A stretch of 64,000 bases of DNA from an uncultured Alphaproteobacteria bacterium (GTDB lineage Bacteria; Pseudomonadota; Alphaproteobacteria; Rhizobiales; Beijerinckiaceae). Both the position numbers and the translations under genes were made by a program. The stretch covers positions 843,720 to 907,719 of the forward strand of contig CAVRWF010000001.1 in NCBI GenBank assembly GCA_963724845.1, read 5' to 3'. Positions 58,693-64,000 of the stretch are shown here, piece by piece (position 1 is the stretch's first letter; each line of letters starts with the position of its first letter). Below the pieces are notes generated by a model. That model was not told the origin of the DNA. It ran no database searches and saw only the letters and a list, made by a program, of their open reading frames with translations.

Positions 58693-59339
58693 AGTGTGTG
58701 TTCCTTCGCTGTCATATCAAGAAGCTGGTTGAGAGCGGCGTCAAAAGTCAGATAGCCGCCGCGTCTTTTGAATTGATGCAGGCGATCGAAAGTGTAACGA
58801 TCGACTTGAAGCCAGTCGCTATGCGGATAATAGAGGTCCATGAGCGACTGCCACACACTCGCCAGCAGTTGGAAAGTCGTCTCCTTGGTCCACGAAATTT
58901 GAGTAACCTGAAGGGGACCATCATCTGCACAGTAAAAGACTGAACCGCTGAAAAGGAACACGAGCGGAATTACGCCCTCGCGAACGCCGCTGAAATATTT
59001 TGTGATTGCTAAATTAAAATCACGCGTGCACGGCGCCGGTAAATATACCTGGGTGTCGTGGTCGAACTCAGGTATCGCGACATTCGCGTGCGTCCACAGC
59101 AGGCTTCTTACTGTTTCACCCCATTGCTGGGGCGAACCGAACAGTTCAACTAGGCGTTCACGTTCACTGGCGTTGTAACTGCGGCGTCCGGGGTCAATTC
59201 GGATTTGGCAGGATAGGAGAATGTTTTTGACACATATTGACGCGCTGTCACTCGTTACGCGCAGAACAAAACGCAACATCGGACATGTCGAGTGTTTTTC
59301 GACTTCCACTTGCTCTATCTCGAAATCAAGTTCAACCAT
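58689..59339 (-). CDS. Conserved hydrogenase-locus protein of unknown function (DUF6084-like)
   Basis: 216-aa ORF overlapping both neighbours. Resembles the DUF6084 family seen in group 1h loci (from memory). Confidence 0.65.
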   Translation of the reverse strand: MVELDFEIEQVEVEKHSTCPMLRFVLRVTSDSASICVKNILLSCQIRIDPGRRSYNASERERLVELFGSPQQWGETVRSLLWTHANVAIPEFDHDTQVYLPAPCTRDFNLAITKYFSGVREGVIPLVFLFSGSVFYCADDGPLQVTQISWTKETTFQLLASVWQSLMDLYYPHSDWLQVDRYTFDRLHQFKRRGGYLTFDAALNQLLDMTAKEHTL

Positions 59340-59964
59340 GGATACAACTTCCGGGATCGATTACTGCGCTTTGGTCCAGGGAATCGAAGAAATCACTTAC
59401 GCCGTTCCATACATCCTGACCTCCGGAAACCCCGCGCCACCGCGTACGAATGAGCCCAACAAGTGCGTAGCATCGGTCGATAGAAACCCGAAAATAGTCC
59501 CGCGCGTTCCTGGTGCGATTAATCAGCAATGCCTCGACATGAGGAGCCATATCGGCGAGCGAAGGATCAATGGTCAAGAGATTATCCCATGCATGCGCGC
59601 TTAGCGCCGACTCCATTGCACCGGCCGGACCAGGATAAATGGCTGTGGCCCTGTCTCCATCGCCGTTCAAGAAGAAAAACACGATGTCGATGGGCAGTTG
59701 CATGCTTTCCCATTCTGAATCGGTGACATGGAATTTGCTCAGGCGAGTTGTTAAAGGGTACACCGCTCGAAATCTCGCGCCGGTCCCAAGAGTCAACGCG
59801 CACCCTTCACAAGCGCAAAGAATACGACGTGTCGAGATTTCTAGGAGATGGCGATGTTGTAAAGGGAGCGGCTTTGAGCACAGTTCACAGGTCTCTGCGC
59901 TCGCTTTTGTATTGACGAAACGCCGGATGGTTGCAACCCAGTTGCTATGCGCTCTGGCGTCCAT
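59332..59964 (-). CDS. Conserved hydrogenase-locus protein of unknown function (DUF5947-like) with an N-terminal Cys cluster
   Basis: CELCSKPL...HRHLL...ILCACEGC is a CxxC...CxCxxC motif. 210 aa. Confidence 0.65.
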   Translation of the reverse strand: MDARAHSNWVATIRRFVNTKASAETCELCSKPLPLQHRHLLEISTRRILCACEGCALTLGTGARFRAVYPLTTRLSKFHVTDSEWESMQLPIDIVFFFLNGDGDRATAIYPGPAGAMESALSAHAWDNLLTIDPSLADMAPHVEALLINRTRNARDYFRVSIDRCYALVGLIRTRWRGVSGGQDVWNGVSDFFDSLDQSAVIDPGSCIHG

Positions 59965-60532
59965 GTTGGCTCACTTCAACGGCCGAAGAGGCGGAAGGCG
60001 TTAAGTTTCTCTGGGCTAGCGACGAGTAGAGATTGAAATCCTCGATAATAATCCTGTCGAGATCCGGCGCCGCTTCGGTCAAGGCTTGTTCGATCTCTGC
60101 AATCAGTCCCGCACGGGCTTCATGAGTCTGTTCGCCGGAGATCGATACCCGAATTCGCGCGGTGGTCTGATCGACATCAATCAAATCCACACGAACCCCT
60201 TGGACGCCCCAATGCGCTCGCAATTCTGCGACTTTTCTTTGCAGGCGTGCTTCGGGTTCCTCTGGATGAAGGCCATGTAACAGGATCACGGCGGCGAAGT
60301 ATTCTTCATCAAGGAGGTTACGCATAAGCAACTCGCCATTTTCTGAATTCTGGCAAATGGTGATGGCTTTGGCGAGTGCAATTCCATGAAGGGTTAGTAG
60401 CGAATCCACCAACTCACGTGCGATACTGTGACAATCATGGTTGTCGACGCTGTTCAGAGCTTCAATCAACGTTTCAATGCGCGATAGACATTGACCCAGT
60501 GCGCTTGTTGGCGTCGACATTCCATCTGTCAT
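59945..60532 (-). CDS. NifU-C-terminal-domain-like protein of the hydrogenase locus
   Basis: LLTLHGIALAKAI...AAVILLHGLHPEEPEARLQRKVAELRAHWG...VDLIDVD...RIRVSISG resembles NifU-like proteins encoded after group 1h large subunits. The expected CxxC position reads SGEQTHE here. Confidence 0.6.
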   Translation of the reverse strand: MTDGMSTPTSALGQCLSRIETLIEALNSVDNHDCHSIARELVDSLLTLHGIALAKAITICQNSENGELLMRNLLDEEYFAAVILLHGLHPEEPEARLQRKVAELRAHWGVQGVRVDLIDVDQTTARIRVSISGEQTHEARAGLIAEIEQALTEAAPDLDRIIIEDFNLYSSLAQRNLTPSASSAVEVSQHGRQSA

Positions 60533-62346
60533 GGCGCGTTTCCGCGCGCAACTCCAAACATCGGAGAGTGCAATGTCTCGAGTGTCTTTCCACCGCCGAT
60601 ATACATATGTACACCGCAGGGCAGGCAGGGATCGAAACTGCGCACAGCGCGCATAATATCGATGCCTTTGAACTTGTCCTGACCATTTTCTTCAAAAATC
60701 GGGGTGTTCTGAACGGCATCCTCATAGGGGCCAGGCGTGCCGTAAATATCCCGCGGCGTCGCATTCCAAGGGGTTGGCGGATAAGGGTGGTAGTTTGCAA
60801 TTTTGCCCTTCCTGATAACAAGATGGTGAGAAAGTACACCGCGGACTGCCTCATGAAACCCGCAGCCGATTGCTTCGTCAGGTACTTTGAAGTCGGTGAA
60901 AGTTTTGGTTCTCCCCGCTTGCACTTCCGTCAGCGCCTTGTCGATGAAATGATAGGCGAGCGCCGCACAATAGGCCTGGAAATAGGTTCGCGCCCGGTCA
61001 CGCTCGATCGCGTTGCTCCATTTTGGAATCTTCCATTCGAATTCCTTCTCTGGCTTGAGCGCAGTTTTCGGCAAATATATCTTGACGCTTTCGCCTGTCG
61101 CCTTGACGTATCCAACGTCAACTAATCCGGCGAGCGCTGTCGCCCACAAGCGAGCGATTGCTCCGCCGCCGGTGTCAAGCGCGAGGTGATCGCCCGTTCG
61201 CCTATCGAGCCAACGAGGGCACATCACCCACGAGTAGTGGCCGTCGAAATTGCGCTTTTGCGGTCGTGGAATAGTGGTCTGATTCCAAGGGTGCTTCTGG
61301 TCCACTGGATTGCCGAGCGGGTCGGACTTAACGAATGTCTCGCAATTGTCCCAATCATCATAGAACGAGCTTCCAAGCAGAATGCGAATGTTCAAGTTGA
61401 TATCAACCAGGTCCGTTGTGACCAGCTTGCCATCAACTACTACGCCCGGGGTGACGAACATCGCACGGCCCCAATCCGTCATCGTCTTATATTGATAGTC
61501 GCATTTATCGGGATCTTGGAAGGCTCCCCAGCAACCGAGCAAAATGCGACGTCGTCCGACTTCCTCGTATCCGGGAAGGGCTTCATAAAAGAAGTCGAAT
61601 AGATCGTCGTGCAATGGCACGCATTTTTTCATAAACTCAACATATCTGACCAAACGCATCAGATAGTCGGTGAACAACTGCACCGAAGGCGTGGTTCCGA
61701 CTCCGCCAGGATATAGCGTCGATGGATGGACATGGCGTCCCTCCATGAGGCTGAACATTTCACGGGTGTAACGGCTGACAACAAGTGTTTCGCGATAAAA
61801 ATCTCCAGTGAAGGGATTGAGCGCCGTCATAATGTCGGCAATGGTGCGGTAACCGTGGTCGGCCGAGTGGGGCGCGAGTGTAGTTTGTGCTTTTGCCCAA
61901 ACCTTGGGGTTCGTCTCTTTCACCATCTGCTCGCAAAAATCTACACCGACTAGATTGTCCTGATAAATGTTATGGTCGAACATATATTCAGCCGCTTCGC
62001 CAAGATTGACGATCCATTCAGCTAGGGCGGGCGGCTTGACGCCATAAGCCATGTTTTGGGCGTAGACTGAGCAAGTGGCGTGGTTGTCGCCACAAATCCC
62101 GCAAATTCGACTGGTAATGAAGTGTGAGTCGCGCGGATCCTTTCCTTTCATAAACACGCTATACCCGCGGAATATGGACGACGTGCTATGGCATTCCGCA
62201 ATGCGCCGCGCATCGAAGTCGATCTTCGTGAAAATTCCGAGGCTGCCGACGATGCGAGTAATTGGGTCCCAGTTCATCTCGACCAAATTGGGTGACGATT
62301 TGCTTTGAGCGGGTCGAGTTCCCGACACTACGTCGTCCATGATCAA
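60529..62346 (-). CDS. hhyL: [NiFe]-hydrogenase large subunit, group 1h (formerly group 5) type
   Basis: The L1 motif TSRICGICGDNH and L2 motif SFDPCLPCGVH are present verbatim. 605 aa, with a C-terminal tail after the His for endopeptidase cleavage. Confidence 0.95.
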   Translation of the reverse strand: MIMDDVVSGTRPAQSKSSPNLVEMNWDPITRIVGSLGIFTKIDFDARRIAECHSTSSIFRGYSVFMKGKDPRDSHFITSRICGICGDNHATCSVYAQNMAYGVKPPALAEWIVNLGEAAEYMFDHNIYQDNLVGVDFCEQMVKETNPKVWAKAQTTLAPHSADHGYRTIADIMTALNPFTGDFYRETLVVSRYTREMFSLMEGRHVHPSTLYPGGVGTTPSVQLFTDYLMRLVRYVEFMKKCVPLHDDLFDFFYEALPGYEEVGRRRILLGCWGAFQDPDKCDYQYKTMTDWGRAMFVTPGVVVDGKLVTTDLVDINLNIRILLGSSFYDDWDNCETFVKSDPLGNPVDQKHPWNQTTIPRPQKRNFDGHYSWVMCPRWLDRRTGDHLALDTGGGAIARLWATALAGLVDVGYVKATGESVKIYLPKTALKPEKEFEWKIPKWSNAIERDRARTYFQAYCAALAYHFIDKALTEVQAGRTKTFTDFKVPDEAIGCGFHEAVRGVLSHHLVIRKGKIANYHPYPPTPWNATPRDIYGTPGPYEDAVQNTPIFEENGQDKFKGIDIMRAVRSFDPCLPCGVHMYIGGGKTLETLHSPMFGVARGNAP

Positions 62347-62349
62347 CTC

Positions 62350-63429
62350 CTACAAAGGATAGGTCTGCTCGGGTCTGTCGGGACGGAAGCCTGTTGTGCT
62401 CACTGGCCGGTTGTGCCGCCACTTCGGCTCCTTATTGAGAGTGTTGTTGGTGAGGCGACGCAGATTACGAATAAGGACGCCATAGGGCTTCACCAGGACC
62501 GAGGAGATTCGGGCGCCAGGAGGCTCGTCCATGAAGGGCATGAATTTATCCGGGAATCCAGGCATTGTGCAGCCGATGCAAATGCCTCCGACATTGGGAC
62601 ACCCGCCAATGCCGGATATCCACCCGCGCTTTGGTACGTTGCATTGAACGACCGGTCCCCAACAGCCTATTTTAACCAGACATTTCCGGGAGCCATACTC
62701 CTTGGTGAAATCAGCCTGCTCGTAGTAGGCAGCTCGATCGCAACCCTGATGCACAGTCATCCCAAACAGCCATTTGGGACGCAGTACATCGTCAAGGGGA
62801 ATCATTGGCGCCAGCCCCGCCAACTGACGTAAAAGGTATAAGAGCGTCTCCATGAAATTATCGGGCTGAACCGGGCATCCGGGTACGTTCACAATTGGCA
62901 GTCCCGCTTTGGATTTCCAATCCCAGCCGAGATAATCAGCAATGCCCATGCAACCTGTCGGATTGCCTTTCATCGCGTGAATGCCCCCGAATGTTGCGCA
63001 TGTCCCAGCGGCGACAATGCCGAGCGCTTTCGGCGCGAGACGATCAATCCACTCGGTAGTTTTGATGGGTTGATCCGTTGTGGTGTCGGTTCCTAACGCC
63101 GCCCAATATCCTTCGCCGCTCAAATGTTCATTAGGGATGGATCCCTCGACGACGAGCACGAAATGTTCCAGTTCGCCTCGCGCTGCTTTGTGAAACCAGG
63201 ACAGAAACTCATCGCCAACTTCATATGCGAGGACGGGATTATGCAAATGTACTTTTGGCAAACCGGGTACGGAACCAAGAATTACGTCTTCGATGCTGGG
63301 CTCGCTCGCGGCTGTAATAGACACGCTGTCGCCGTCGCACCCCAATCCAGCTGTAATCCATAATATGTGAACTTCTTCGATTGCAGGTTTGTGTTGCGTC
63401 TTACGACCGTAGGGAGTCTTTTCATCCAT
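62350..63429 (-). CDS. hhyS: [NiFe]-hydrogenase small subunit, group 1h type (no twin-arginine signal)
   Basis: Contains ITAGLGCDGDS, GTCATFGG, PGCP and CIGC Fe-S cysteine patterns. The N-terminus MDEKTPYGRKTQHK lacks an RRxF Tat motif. It ends 3 nt upstream of the large subunit start. Confidence 0.9.
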   Translation of the reverse strand: MDEKTPYGRKTQHKPAIEEVHILWITAGLGCDGDSVSITAASEPSIEDVILGSVPGLPKVHLHNPVLAYEVGDEFLSWFHKAARGELEHFVLVVEGSIPNEHLSGEGYWAALGTDTTTDQPIKTTEWIDRLAPKALGIVAAGTCATFGGIHAMKGNPTGCMGIADYLGWDWKSKAGLPIVNVPGCPVQPDNFMETLLYLLRQLAGLAPMIPLDDVLRPKWLFGMTVHQGCDRAAYYEQADFTKEYGSRKCLVKIGCWGPVVQCNVPKRGWISGIGGCPNVGGICIGCTMPGFPDKFMPFMDEPPGARISSVLVKPYGVLIRNLRRLTNNTLNKEPKWRHNRPVSTTGFRPDRPEQTYPL

Positions 63430-63802
63430 GAAACACCCCTATCGACTAGCGTTACCTTCGCAAAGGGGACAAGCCGCCATATTTTCGAAACGTAAGGCGC
63501 ACAATTTTGGTTCCCAATCGCGAAGCCTATGATGAGATGAAGTCTTGTGGGATTGATTGTATCCAACACTCGCGATGTCGCAATGTGATCCTCATTGAGA
63601 CTTTCGATGCGTTGACATGGTGGAGAGTTTCTTTGCTAATATGCATCGCCAGCACATTTGCTCGCGCGTCGCAACACGAAACGCCCAAGCTTTGGCCGCC
63701 GGGCGGCATGCGGTTGTTCGTCTTGATGAGGTTTTGAGCACCAGAGCTTTCATCCGATTCTGCAACTTCAGACCAGGTCATCGCAATGGAGCTAATCGGC
63801 AA

Positions 63803-64000
63803 ATGATCACGTCTCAGCTGTTTACTCCTTTTCGTGTTGCCGGGCATGAACTCGCCAACCGTATCGTCATTGCGCCAATGTGTCAGTATTCGGCGGAAGA
63901 GGGCTGTATGACGGACTGGCACCTGATTCACCTGGGGCAGCTTGCATTGTCTGGCGCAGCCATGCTGACCATCGAGGCCACCGCCGTTTTACCCGAAGGG
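63803..64000 (+). CDS. NADH:flavin oxidoreductase (Old Yellow Enzyme family), N-terminal fragment running off the window
   Basis: Not in the ORF track because it is open-ended. ATG 63803 gives MITSQLFTPFRVAGHELANRIVIAPMCQYSAEEGCMTDWHLIHLGQLALSGAAMLTIEATAVLPEG, the canonical OYE N-terminus. Confidence 0.7.
   Translation, partial: MITSQLFTPFRVAGHELANRIVIAPMCQYSAEEGCMTDWHLIHLGQLALSGAAMLTIEATAVLPEG

Noticed and set aside
60376-61125. 249-aa ORF on the plus strand
   Set aside because: It lies entirely antisense to the well-supported hydrogenase large-subunit gene. Its composition is Arg/Cys-rich and it has no SD. This is a typical shadow ORF of high-GC coding DNA.
63430-63802. Search for a sigma-54 (TGGCAC-N5-TTGC) promoter or other recognisable promoter upstream of hhyS
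   Set aside because: Only a TGGCGG...TTTGC with the wrong spacing was seen, so no promoter could be supported by eye.
63527-63931. 134-aa ORF on the minus strand upstream of hhyS
   Set aside because: It overlaps the start of the OYE-family gene (63803 onward, plus strand), which has a textbook N-terminus. It has no SD and an implausible composition. The region is more likely a divergent promoter.
1-64000. Scan for tRNA, rRNA, CRISPR arrays, IS elements, integrases, prophage genes and long inverted or direct repeats
   Set aside because: None was recognised by reading the sequence and the ORF translations. The only long-range similarity noticed is the diverged beta-helix paralog pair, which is similar at protein level and is not a DNA repeat.

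Overview
High-GC segment (roughly 55-60% by eye, not computed). The gene content looks alphaproteobacterial, Hyphomicrobiales-like, but that is inference only. I recognised no rRNA, tRNA, CRISPR array, transposase or integrase.

**Left part (1-18.4 kb).** Amino-sugar recycling genes: murQ, a SIS deaminase-like gene and nagA. Then an accessory stretch of small or poorly characterised genes: DUF5335-like, DUF2161-like, a membrane-anchored DUF2778/Tlde1-like protein, an LRR protein kinase, a membrane-anchored Mrr-cat nuclease-like protein and a transglutaminase-like protease. After these come dcp, a parallel beta-helix protein and an N-formylglutamate-amidohydrolase-family gene.

**Middle.** kdpFABC preceded by an extra micro-ORF and with no kdpDE. 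A cNMP-domain thioredoxin-reductase-like gene sits next to a UBP-type zinc-finger gene. A glycogen-debranching-type glucosidase is split by a frameshift. Two convergent pentose-phosphate operons follow: tkt-zwf-[HAD::pgl fusion] and tal/pgi-gnd-HAD-rpe.

**Right part.** cspA, an Xre/RES toxin-antitoxin pair, a second beta-helix paralog, an RHH regulator with a PHB-depolymerase-like esterase, DUF1003, an orphan membrane protein and an ABC-F ATPase. Then a complete group 1h (high-affinity type) [NiFe]-hydrogenase locus: hypF-SIS-hypD-hypE-hypB, convergent with hhyS-hhyL-(four conserved proteins of unknown function)-endopeptidase-microORF-hypC-hypA. A partial OYE-family gene runs off the right edge.

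**Most noteworthy.**
- The 1h hydrogenase locus and its uncharacterised accessory genes.
- The HAD::6-phosphogluconolactonase fusion and its HAD paralog.
- Three genes (hypD, the GDE-family glucosidase, a glycine-zipper protein) that each need a 1-nt frame correction.
- A 28-bp tandem duplication that truncates a small ORF.
- Two diverged beta-helix paralogs with a shared N-terminal PPCNCxDD motif.

All family assignments come from reading the translated ORFs and from remembered family signatures. No database search was run.
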